A stretch of DNA of 64,000 nt. Origin: Macrostomum hystrix. Lineage: Eukaryota; Animalia; Platyhelminthes. The position numbers were made by a program, and so were the translations under genes. This document shows positions 51,501 through 62,652 of the stretch, in pieces (the first letter of the stretch is position 1; each line of letters opens with the position of its first letter). Below the pieces are notes generated by a model. The model made no database searches. It was not told the DNA's origin and saw only the letters and a list, made by a program, of their open reading frames with translations. The stretch covers positions 1,736,001 to 1,800,000 of the forward strand of contig CATNEN010000003.1 in assembly GCA_950097015.1 (NCBI GenBank). Reading direction: 5' to 3'.

Positions 51501-54260
51501 GCACCAAACCCACTCCAATTGCCATAGCAAATGCTGAACACTAAAGCAATGCAGAAACCACATTCCTAGTGGTGTTAAGATCGAACCATCGACCTTGAAG
51601 AGTCCTTATATTTCCAGTCCTCAGAAAAAAAATTTCATTTTAACGTTGCGTTTTGTCAATTTCAACATTATCGGTTGTTAATATATAATTAATATGTTGT
51701 CGCCTGTGTGCCTATGCTAACAGGTGGTGACTGCGACAGCCACTCTGGCCCTTGGCATCCACATGCCCTGCAAGACGGTTATATTCGCTGGCGATGACAA
51801 GTTTCTAGACGCGCTCAACTATCACCAGATGGCTGGTAGGTCTGGCCGGCGCGGCTTTGACAACATCGGCAACGTGGTGTTCTACGGCGTGCCATCGTCC
51901 AAGATTAGCCACCTGATTCAAGCTGACCTGCCTGAGCTGAAGGGTGGCTTTCCTCTCACCTGCGCCTTTGTTCTGCGTCTGCTACTGCTAACTGGCAATA
52001 GTACAGACTCGGAGATAGCTCACGCCAAAGCCATGACAGTGTTGGAGCACCCGTTTGCCGCTCACAAGCGTCCGGATATGCTGCAGCAGTTGCGCCTGTT
52101 CCTGCTATTCAGCGCCCAATATCTGCACCGCCTAGACCTCATTAACGAGGTTGGAAGACCATTGGTAAGAGCCTGTTAATCAGTCAATTTAATCAGTCTC
52201 AGTCAAAAATTCGCAAGGCAGAGCAGTTAATGCGATTTCACAGCGAGGCCACATTAATTTGGGGCGCAGCCGCGGAGAGAAGGCTTGGGGGCTTGTCATG
52301 TAATTTAAACCCTTCAGTGCCAGTTTCAAAGGCACAGTGAAAATGTACACTGCCTGACGACGAGAAAGTCAGGGCACACCTGTGTGTGCTCAGGAGTCAG
52401 CAAAATGGGCAGAATTGCCTCCTCTCAGGCTGCAGGTCTACAGTCTCCATCAATTATTATTGTATTGCCTAAACGAAAAGGTGACTCTGACTAGCTGTGT
52501 AAGTTTATGGGAGCAATCTATGTTAGGCGCTAATTTCAAAGTATTTTCTGTGCATTCTATAGAAACAAATTGATGAAACCTTCTAAAGTGCAAATATTTC
52601 TCTTCGGCTGCGATTTGAACTCCCGACCTCTCAGTCAGAATAAGAATTTCTAAGCTCCAAAGCTAGTTAAAATAAAACAACTCTGCTATTCCTGCTTCAA
52701 GGGTCTGGCTGGCCTAGTATGCCACATGGGCTACATGGAACCTGGCAATTTCGTGCTCACCTACCTGCTGCGCTCGTCGGCCCTCCGCTCGCTCTGTCTC
52801 CCCAGCGCCGCCCTGCCCCCGGTTCACTACGGCGTCTGCTGCGGCGGCTGCCAGACTGGAAAATCCATCGTTGGTAAACGATTCAAATGCACTCAGTGCT
52901 GGTCTGACTACAGTCTTTGCTCAGCCTGCTATGGAGGCCGGCCTAATCACAACAGAGGCCGCAGTCAGCACACCAAGGCTGATTTTGAGCTAATTGAGCC
53001 GCCATTGAAGCTGCGATTCTCTGACGAGATCCTGCGCCAATTGATTCACATCCTGTGCCACCTGTTCACTAAATTGCAACTGCCCCGGTCTCTGATTAGA
53101 AAGACACCGACTGGCTTTGTCTACAAAATGTGAGACGTGTTTGACACCTGAATTAGCACTGTGATTAAGTAGTAATATTCTCCAGATTGAGTAGTCACCA
53201 ACTAGATTGAGTAGTCACCATCTAGATTGAGTAGTCACCATCTAGATTGAGTAGTCACCATCTAGATTGAGTAGTCACCATCTTGATTGAGTAGTCACCA
53301 TCTTGATTGAGTAGTCACCATCTTGATTGAGTAGTCACCATCTAGATTGAGTAGTCACCAACTAGATTGAGTAGTCACCATCTTGATTGAGTAGTCACCA
53401 TCATCTAGATTGAGTAGTCAGCATCATCTAGATTAAGTAGTCACCAACTAGATTGAGTAGTCACCAACTAGATTGAGTAGTCACCAACTAGATTGAGTAG
53501 TCACCAACTAGATTGAGTAGTCACCAACTAGATTGAGTAGTCACCATCTAGATTGAGTAGTCACCAACTAGATTGAGTTGTGGATTTTAAACTGCCTGGT
53601 TGCATTCCTAATCCCAGGGAGACGGAGAACTCGAAGGTGCTGCTCGAACCGCTACCGCCTAGCATCGAAGCCGAGGTGTTGGCCTACAACACTAGCACTG
53701 TAGACACATACACTAATTACCTGCACTGCGTAGCCCAGTGCGGCCTGTTCAGCTTCTCAACCAAGCTGCCATTCAGCAATGCCGCTCCTCTGCAGTCGGC
53801 CAATTCAGCAGCCGGCGAGGTCTCGGCCGTGGCCCCACTGGCTCGCCTGTCCTGGGGCCCGAGTGGCCGGGCCTCCGATGTCGCCCTACGCAATGTGCTT
53901 TTGTCGCCCGACTATTCGAACAGCTATGAACAGCTGCGTCGCCTATTGCCCTTGGAGATCCTAACCGATGCCAGCCTCATCCCGCTGCTGCCTCCTGGTC
54001 GCCAGTTAAACGCCTACGTGCTCGACTTCTTCAAGCACGGCAGTCTGAATTCATTGAGAATCGATAACGGCCTGAGAGAGGGTGACATTTACCAGTTGCT
54101 GATCGACTTTTCTCTAGCCTGCCGCGCTGTGGCTACTATACTGCAGCAGCTGGCCACCGATGCCGAAGATCCCGTTCTCTGCGCCTTCCAGCACGTCAGC
54201 CGCGAGTTTGGCGAGAAATTTCACGCCGCCTTTCCTGATGCGAAACGCCTTCCGCAATAG
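45510..54260 (+). CDS. DDX60: DDX60-like Ski2-family DExD/H RNA helicase, 6 coding exons, with an inserted ZZ zinc finger
   Basis: Exons 45510-46215, 46306-46723, 46823-49523, 51724-52164, 52702-53129, 53618-54260. DDX60 hallmarks: EFFLFDGDSLL, QLHLFY, FDERFHWHS, DPRVKGFIPDTWQRELLDVVD, APTSSGKT, DEVH, ALSATI, GFHHAG, TATLALGIHMPC, QMAGRSGRRGFD, LNAYVLDFFKHGS. Confidence 0.95.
50087..50833 (-). CDS. Secreted conotoxin-like inhibitor-cystine-knot peptide 1, nested antisense in a DDX60 intron
   Basis: Exon 50833-50728 encodes the signal peptide MKLCTLLAMGCLMLMLAIMFQPAASG-AVRDLDRQD with donor G|GTAAG. Acceptor TTTTCACAG then exon 50205-50087 encodes (A)CAKDGTKCVCDNQCCSGICLVPPGLCIARSMVRNPDLD*. 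Phase-1 join is in frame. TATAAA at 50945-50940. The 3' end may use a third exon. Confidence 0.8.
52262..52462 (+). mobile_element. SINE family B copy in a DDX60 intron
   Basis: CCGCGGAGAGAAGGCTTGGGGGCTTGTC..TGCCTGACGACGAGAAAGTCAGGGCA. Confidence 0.8.
53183..53578. repeat. 20-bp minisatellite (AGATTGAGTAGTCACCAACT) filling the last DDX60 intron
   Basis: Tandem units visible directly. Confidence 0.95.
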
Positions 54261-54525
54261 GCCTGTGGTTTCGGGGTTGTTTTTTCATTTTACGAGTCGA
54301 TCCTTCAATCGTCGTCGTAGATAATCAACAATATTTTCTCGCTTTTTGTACTTTTTATGCACCTATTAGTAATGCTTTCAAAATAAGTCCTTTATCAACA
54401 TTTTTTATTAACTTTCTTAACTATGCTCGTAAATTTTCAAAAATTTCTTTAGAAAAGCAAGCCTCTGATGCTTTATTCAATATACTCGTACTATTTTCAT
54501 ATTGGCAAGCCTTTCACTAAATCAA

Positions 54526-56096
54526 CAGATTGGATCACCACACTCCCCGATCCCCAGATTGGATCACTACACTCCCAGATCCTCAGATGGGGTCACCACA
54601 CTCCCAGATCCCCAGATTGGATCACCACACTCCCAGATCCTCAGATTGGATCACCACACTCCCAGATCCTCAGATTGGATCACCACACTCCCAGATCCTC
54701 AGATTGGATCACCACAGTTCCAAAATCCTCAGATTGGATCACCACACTCCCAGATCCTCAGATTGGGTCACCACAGTTCTCAGATCCTCAGATTGGATCA
54801 CCACACTCCCAGATCCTCAGATTGGGTCACCACAGTTCTCAGATCCTCAGATTGGATCACCACACTCCCAGATCCTCAGATTGGGTCACCACAGTTCTCA
54901 GATCCTCAGATTGGATCACCACACTCCCAGATCCTCAGATCGGATCACCACAGTTCTCAGATCCTCAGATTGGGTCACCACACTCCTGCATCCTCAGATT
55001 GGGTCACCACACTCCCAGATCCTCAGATTGGGTCACCACACTCCTGCATCCTCAGATTGGGTCACCACACTCCTGCATCCTCAGATTGGGTCACCACACT
55101 CCTGCATCCTCAGATTGGGTCACCACACTCCTGCATCCTCAGATTGGGTCACCACACTCCTGCATCCTCAGATTGGGTCACCACACTCCTGCATCCTCAG
55201 ATTGGGTCACCACACTCCTGCATCCTCAGATTGGGTCACCACACTCCTTCATCCTCAGATTGGGTCACCACACTCCTGCATCCTCAGATTGGGTCACCAC
55301 ACTCCTGCATCCTCAGATTGGGTCACCACACTCCTGCATCCTCAGATTGGGTCACCACACTCCTGCATCCTCAGATTGGGTCACCACACTCCTGCATCCT
55401 CAGATTGGGTCACCACACTCCTGCATCCTCAGATTGGGTTACCACACTCCTGCATCCTCAGATTGGGTCACCACACTCCTGCATCCTCAGATTGGGTCAC
55501 CACACTCCTGCATCCTCAGATTGGGTCACCACACTCCTGCATCCTCAGATTGGGTCACCACACTCCTGCATCCTCAGATTGGGTCACCACACTCCTGCAT
55601 CCTCAGATTGGGTCACCACACTCCTTCATCCTCAGATTGGGTCACCACACTCCTGCATCCTCAGATTGGGTCACCACACTCCTGCATCCTCAGATTGGGT
55701 CACCACACTCCTGCATCCTCAGATTGGGTCACCACACTCCTGCATCCTCAGATTGGGTCACCACACTCCTGCATCCTCAGATTGGATCACCACACTCCTG
55801 CATCCTCAGATTGGATCACCACACTCCTGCATCCTCAGATTGGATCACCACACTCCTGCATCCTCAGATTGGGTCACCACACTCCTGCATCCTCAGATTG
55901 GGTCACCACACTCCTGCATCCTCAGATTGGATCACCACACTCCTGCATCCTCAGATTGGGTCACCACACTCCTGCATCCTCAGATTGGGTCACCACACTC
56001 CTGCATCCTCAGATTGGGTCACCACACTCCCAGATCCTCAGATTGGGTCACCACACTCCTGCATCCTCAGATTGGGTCACCACACTCCTGCATCCT
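54526..56096. repeat. 29-bp minisatellite (CAGATTGGGTCACCACACTCCTGCATCCT)
   Basis: Tandem units; source of three spurious ORFs longer than 500 aa. Confidence 0.97.
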
Positions 56097-57216
56097 AGTT
56101 GCAAGATTGTATTGTTTACAGTTACAGTTACAGCTTTATTAGTCAATATTTTTGGCTTTCAGCAATTTTGTTAACAGAATCCTTTGTTGATTTATTGATA
56201 CCCCGTTTTTTCAAGATCATGTTGATTAAAGGTGTTTGTCTCTTATTTGAGTGTAATGCTTTTTATTTAAATATAGTTTAGCGCCTAATTTAGTTCCGTG
56301 TTTTTGTGGCCTATAGGCCATTCTGAGTTGCTCCGTGTTTGGTCAAATCAGAATGCATTTCTGCCTTTAAATGAAATGGCTGGTAATTAGCACCGGTGCA
56401 CAGACTACAATTTTTGGCGCCCGGTTTTTTGTGCAACTAATTTACATTTTCAAATGTTACATTTTTATCCAAGTATTTTTTTAAAAGCCGTACGCTGATG
56501 ATTCTAGTTTATAGCGAAGTCGCTTTTTTCTCTTTTGTTTTGCCTGTTTTCATCTTCTTGACAAAAAAACAATACTTCTTGAAATAAAAAGAATGCTTAT
56601 TCGGTCTGATTAATAAAATCAGCTTGTTTCCAGTTTATTTTTGCCACCCCTTTCCCTTTAGTTTTTCCAGGCTTGCTGGTGCCACTCTTTTCCCTGTTTA
56701 AAAAATTAACTGATTTATGTTGTTAAAATTCTTACGCTTTTTTATTCAAACAAAGTAATTCGCTGAGCAATTCTCTTTTCTGCTTGGCTTGATTAGGGCT
56801 AAAGGGTTTTTATAAAACCCATGCTATAAATAGCAACACATACTTCATTACAGCTCTGGACTTCCAAACAAATTTGATTGGCTAAGCAAGGTCAGCAGCT
56901 TTTAGCACCAAGAATTTTATCTATTAAGTATCTCCCGAATTGGATTGGCTGAGGAGGGTCACGTGATTGGCTTGATTGGGGCGAAAGGGGGTTTCCTAAG
57001 ACAAATGCTATAAATAGCAACACAATTAATATGGCAATAGCCATAGGCATATACGGCAATGTATTTTCGTAGCTGTATATCTCAATCTGCAAAATTGCTA
57101 ATTAATTAGTTTGTTCGATAATTAGTTCAAAGTTAAAAAAGTAGTGAATGTATCAAAAGCATTTAGTATCTGCATGCATATAGTGACTGTCAAATCAGAA
57201 TTTTAATTTTCAAAGC

Positions 57217-58550
57217 CTTCTTGACATTCAGCGCCACCGCTTCCTGCGGCGTGTGGAAACCCGCTGGGTGCAGCTTTTGCCGGTTGCCAACCGACTTGTC
57301 GAGCAATTGCCAGTGTTGCGCGAATACTTCAAGAAACATCGCAGGTCAGATGGCCGAGAAAACTTTGAAAACGGACAAGTCCAGCGCATCTGCGAGCTAC
57401 TCGAGGAGGACAAGGAGTTTGACATTTTATTTTTGCAAGCAGTTTTGCCAATGCTTGACGCGTTTGAGAAGGAATACCAGCAAAAGAAGGTGCTTATTCA
57501 CAAGATGTACGCGACTGTTCGGCAATTTTTCCGAGAAGTGCTGAGTTTCTTCATGAAGGTGGACTCATTAGTGCCAATTCATCGCGTTTGACTAGAATGA
57601 AAATCGTCTTCGAGCACTGCCTTTCTGACCGCGACATCTTCGTTGGTGAGAAGGCTCGGGCTTTGCTGTCAGACTGTTCTGAAAGGATTCAAAAGCAGTG
57701 CATTGTCCGTGCGAGACAGTTTTACATGGAGCTTGCCGTGTACCTGCAATCGCATCTTCCTCTGGCCGATGCCACCCTAAGGCAGGCCCAGTTTCTCAAT
57801 CCTGTAACGATTTCAGAGACTTCCTCCGACTTTCCGACTAAGTTGGCCAAGACACTGAAGTTTGCTGAAGACGAGGTGACGGCAATTGACCGAGAATGGC
57901 GTGCACTGACCCTTTCTGTTGCTATCAACGAACTGTGCATCCCGTCAGACCAGGCTGAATCAAGTGCATTGGACTTTTGATTCTTGGTGGCCGAACACAA
58001 GAGCTTGTCTGGAGAGCCGAAGTTTCCGAACCTGTGGCGACTTGCTTCGGCCATTCTAACAGTTCCGCATGGTAACTCTGATGGGGAACGCGCCTTCTCG
58101 AGCCTTGTGGATCCTCTGTCTAGAAAACGCAACTCCTTGGGTTCCTTCACAGTCGACGCATGCCTGTTGATCAACGGTTTTCTGAAGGCTACGGATCTTA
58201 CTTGCGAAACGTTTGAGTTTGGCCCGAGGTACATCGCCGAGGGCTTCAATGCCAGACAAAACCTGTCTGTTCGACAGCGGCGCATGCAGAGGGAAGAAGA
58301 GCTTCGCGAGGCACGCCTGGCACAAGAAGCTGCCAGTAGTGCTAGATCGGAGAAGGAAGGAAGGCTGGCAGAGAAGATGCTGCAGCATAAGGATAAGCAG
58401 CGGCTGCTTGATGCCGAAACGGAGAAGGCAAACGCCCTGCTAGAAGAATACCAGCGAAAGATGCTCGCCCTGCAAGTGAAGCGAAAGACGCTCAGGTGCA
58501 CACAAAAATTGAAAAAGGAGGTGAACTATGAACATGTAATGTGCAGATAA
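57217..58550 (+). pseudogene. hAT-superfamily transposase remnant
   Basis: ETRW motif and dimerisation motif FPNLWRLASAILTVPHGNSDGERAFS; frameshift near 57588 and an in-frame TGA at 57978-57980 (LDF*F, probably a Trp codon). Confidence 0.85.
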
Positions 58551-59156
58551 CGGGCAAGCGTGGTGTGCTACTAATGTACTATTTGCTAATCTGCTATGAC
58601 TGGTATTATGGTATTAGTACTACGGTACAACTTTCTTCTCACTTGCTGATTTCCCACGAGTAGGGGTGTTCATATGTATATTCCGAAAAAAATATGCGAA
58701 GCTTACTCAGTTTTCATCACGTTTCCTGAAGAAATGTAACAGACAAGTTAGTAAGCTTCGAGTTACATGTAAGAGTGTACAAAAAGGGCTTGCCTTTTGC
58801 AAGTTGGTTGCCGGTTCATGTCATGTTATGAACAGTAAATGTTATGTCAGTAAAGGCTCCTAGACATTCTAGCTAGGAGATCGGGTGACCCAGCTATACG
58901 ATATAAAAATGTTTATTTTACTTGTAGTTTTCTTTCAATAGGAAATTTTCTAGAACAGTGGAAATTAATATGGCACAAGATATATTTACTGTTGACGGTT
59001 CAAACTAAGGTTATAGGTCACTCGGTCAAACGATTTGTGACAGAAATTTGCCGCATTTAATTAATTGTTTTCGTTTTGTTTATTAAACAGAATTATGGGG
59101 AGTGAAGGTAAAGTGGCTTGTATCGAAGTTGCAGGTAAAGCTGGCCTGTAGCAGAG

Positions 59157-59310
59157 CGCGCGCTGATTGGTCCGCTAGGGTGTTGGGGTAGGTAGCGTAT
59201 GAGGCGGTTGGTTTGCATGGGTCTGGTGGGGTGCGAGGGTACAATAGACCTCGTCCGACATATATAATCCATGCACCAACCCCACCTCCCTCACCGACCA
59301 ATCAGTGCGC
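59157..59310. mobile_element. Short fold-back (MITE-like) element
   Basis: GCGCGCTGATTGGTC..GGG pairs with CCC..GACCAATCAGTGCGC; inner arms GGTTGGTTTGCATGG and CCATGCACCAACC. Confidence 0.45.
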
Positions 59311-59371
59311 TGCGGCAGATCGTATCTCATTATCTTACATAGTTCTTACATTATCGAATTTAAAATTCGCT

Positions 59372-59562
59372 TCCATGGACTGGGGGGACGCCACACTCAC
59401 CTTCAATTATCCCAGCTAATGCTGGTACCCATTTAACAGCTGGGTGAACTGAAGCAATGCAGAGTAAAGTGTCCTGCTAAAGGACACAAACTATTCCAAA
59501 GGAGTCGGGAATCGAACCCCCGACCTTCAAGTACGACGCTCAAACCACAAGGCTACAACCTC
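59372..59562 (-). mobile_element. SINE family A copy
   Basis: Reverse-complement match to 20690-20890. Confidence 0.85.
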
Positions 59563-59727
59563 CTTGTTGGATTAACACAAAATATATCATTTAATTAGCT
59601 GATTCCAGATCCTCAGAGTAAAAACTTTATTTAGCATGCTAAATAGATTTGTCAGCTCGCGTTTTCTCAAGTAGCGAAGCAAACGAATTGGAGCATGAAT
59701 TTCGTCACAAAGCCATGCCGCTTATCA

Positions 59728-60264
59728 TCAGGATACCAGAGGGTCCAGGCTAACCGAATCCTGCGAGGCGCACACACTTTGAGACTCCATGCAGTAGCCG
59801 GAGCAGCATTGGGCACAGCAGACACAGTGCTGGCCAATCACTGCGCATCCTGTACACAACAGATGTTCAAGTTGGAAAGCATGTTATTACAAAGTGCATA
59901 CACATTTACACTATATCACACTTACACTTAATATCCCCTAAATATCGAGCCCACTTAACTTCACACCCAGAACAGCCGCAGCTATTGTTCAAAGACTGCG
60001 TACGGCTGTTCAGTCCGTGGACAATGAAGACTAAAGGACACAAATAGTTCCAGTGGGTTCGGGAATCGAACCCCCGACTTTCAAATCATAAGACCGAACC
60101 TAAGCCCATTAGGATACAAACCATTGCTTACTTACAAAATAAAACTCACTTGGCACAAGCGAAACAGCCAATGCAATCGAGTTAGTTGCCAACAGAACTA
60201 ACAGAAAGAAGACAACAAACTTGCAGACAAGTTGGTTGCTATGGAAACAGCAACCGACGATCAT
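59728..60264 (-). CDS. Secreted conotoxin-like inhibitor-cystine-knot peptide 2, paralog of peptide 1
   Basis: Exon 60264-60150 encodes MIVGCCFHSNQLVCKFVVFFLLVLLATNSIALAVSLVP with donor A|GTGAG. Acceptor GTGTACAG then exon 59849-59728 encodes (R)CAVIGQHCVCCAQCCSGYCMESQSVCASQDSVSLDPLVS*. Same phase and Cys spacing as peptide 1. Confidence 0.8.
59971..60122 (-). mobile_element. Degenerate SINE family A fragment in the intron of knottin gene 2
   Basis: GGGAATCGAACCCCCGAC and CTGCGTACGGCTGTTCAGTCC match family A. Confidence 0.65.
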
Positions 60265-61597
60265 GATTTTTGTACGAGGTGACAAGACAGAAAGACAAAA
60301 ATATTTGTTTTAGTCTGTTGTCAAGCTATTATGGGGTACAAAGCAAAAGGAATTGAATTTAAGACTGCTTGCAAGATTATTGTATTCTACTACTACAATT
60401 GTCTGACCAGTATTATAATCCCAGTATGACAATCAATTTTTACATTCAATGTACAGTTGCTCTATTTTACATATCGCGAAATTTAAATACTTGAAAATCG
60501 ATAACACTAATTATAAAAAAATTTGCTCAACTCAAATACGTACTCACATTTGCTTTAGGGGGTGTCTAAAGGCTAGGAGTAGTTAGAGCTATTGACATGA
60601 GCTATCTGACCATGAGTTCTTGTTTTCGAATCTCCAATACATTTATAAATATACCAACAACTGTGCCTACTATCAAGTAGCAAGACAGGAGTATTTAATA
60701 AATTTACAAACGAATTTACATAGTCACTAATCAGTTACATGCCATATATGCACTCGTATATTTAGTAATCAATGTTATAAAATGTAATTTGAATTGGTAG
60801 TAAGGCAAAATTTGTGTGAAATAAACGCACAATCATTAAGGTCACAGATGGGGCCTTATTAAGTGGAATAAGCATACTCAAATTAAATAATCGATTAAAA
60901 CTTCAAGCCTAATTGGACGGCAGAAAACAATAAGTTTCAATAAAAAAACTACAATTTTAATCAATTTGACAATGAAATTACATTGAAACACAAGATTTAG
61001 ACCTAATTAAGCATTTTCCAAAGAAAAAACAACAATTGATAATTACAAAATCAAAAAGATAAGCACTATATATTCAGAACAGCCGAAAAACTATTTGCAC
61101 AGTGAATAATTTTTCACAATTATGAACTTCACGTTGTGATATCAGTGTATGTGATATAATAATAATAAAACACTAAAAAAGCACAGCACTACTCATTAGT
61201 AGCTAGGGAATGAAATTTGTTAACAAACAATAAAAATTTTAATTGAAATTCACATCAACTACAAAAAGGTAAACAGTTGCAGAATGCCGTGGGGATAAAA
61301 TTCAGTTCAAAAGGCCCCAAAAATTTACGTAAAGTTACGAAATCTGTTTAAGATTTCAAGTTTGTAAAAAAGTTTAATAATGCACTGAACATAGAGCTGG
61401 ACGAACAATGGAATGCGACCGTAGCAACAATATTTGTTTTGAAAACAGCAGTAGTATGGGTTAGCAGAACCCTGCCGACACTGCGGAGATAGGAGGGCGG
61501 CCTAATGCATTTGAATGGGGGAGGGGTTGCCTATCCCAGAGCAGAGGACACAGCCGACACTATGGAGATAGGAGGACATCGTAATGCATGTAGATAG

Positions 61598-61830
61598 TAG
61601 AGGCCGGCTATCTCTTTGCATTGGGGAGGGGTTAACACAGCTGGGATAGGAGGAGAGGCCGGCCTATCTCTTTGCATTGGGGAGGGGTTAACACAGCTGG
61701 AATAGGAGGAGAGGCCGGCCTATCTCTTTGCATTGGGGAGGGGTTAACACAGCTGGAATAGGAGGAGAGGCCGGCCTATCTCTTTGCATTGGGGAGGGGT
61801 TAACACAGCTGGGATAGGAGAGGCCGGGAG
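61598..61830. repeat. 53-bp tandem repeat, about 4 copies, in the Polinton subterminal region
   Basis: GAGGCCGGCCTATCTCTTTGCATTGGGGAGGGGTTAACACAGCTGGGATAGGA. Confidence 0.9.
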
Positions 61831-62530
61831 GTGTTGGGTTAGAGTTGGAGATAAGGGACGCAGAAAACATAGATTGAAAAAATTATCTATGGGGAGGGAT
61901 AGAAAGGAAGTGATTGAGTGATAAAAACTAGATAGGAGGCGTAAAGGAATGTTTGAGATTGCTGCGCCTATCTGTTTGCGCTAGGGAAGGCTAACACTGC
62001 AGAGTTGGGAGGCTCGGGAAAGAAATTGCGTAAAAGATGCAGTGAGTAATTCTTCAGTACAAGAGTGTTAAAGGCTAGGGCAATGAGCATTCAGCCTTTG
62101 TATGGGGGTGTGGGGGGCAAAGCCCCCCACAATTAATAACTCTGCCTTTGCAGCCCATCTCTTTGCACTGGGTACAGCTAGAGGAGGAAGAAGAAGATAG
62201 GAAGAAAGCATTGGGGTGGGGTGGGTGTGGCGTCCAATCCGATACTGGAGGGTGGGGAGGCATGGGGTGGGTGGGTGCCTGTGTCACAGTACAGGGATGA
62301 ACTGATGGGATGCCGGCCTATCTGCTATAGAAGAACCCTGACGACACTGCGGAGATAGGAGGCTAGCCCGGCAGTGTATTTTGGAGTTTGGAGGGGCGCC
62401 GACAAACTCAGAACAGAGGAGGAATGAGATGGGAGGAAAGCATTGGGGTGAGTGTGGGGTGTGGCGTCCAATCCTACTTACCTACATATCTAGTCTGAGC
62501 TCCATCACAGGACAAACACCCACCCCAACT

Positions 62531-62575
62531 CTAGCCAATCAGAATCGAGCACACATTTTGGATGGTATATAAGCC
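62531..62575 (+). promoter_or_regulatory. CCAAT plus TATA promoter of the PC4-like gene
   Basis: AGCCAATCAG with CCAAT at 62535-62539, and TATATAA at 62566-62572, about 80 nt before ATG 62653. Confidence 0.6.
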
Positions 62576-62652
62576 CTCAAAAATCGTTAGGAAAGGAGCA
62601 AGTTTTCTCAGCTCGCAATTTACCTGATCTTAGCTTTTGACATTAGCTAGCG

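Noticed and set aside
54468-56174. Three ORFs of 522-568 aa
   Set aside because: Read-through of a 29-bp stop-free minisatellite, open in all three frames
57722-58501. 259-aa minus-strand ORF (also 62727-63326 and 19390-19722)
   Set aside because: Antisense shadows of recognisable plus-strand coding sequence
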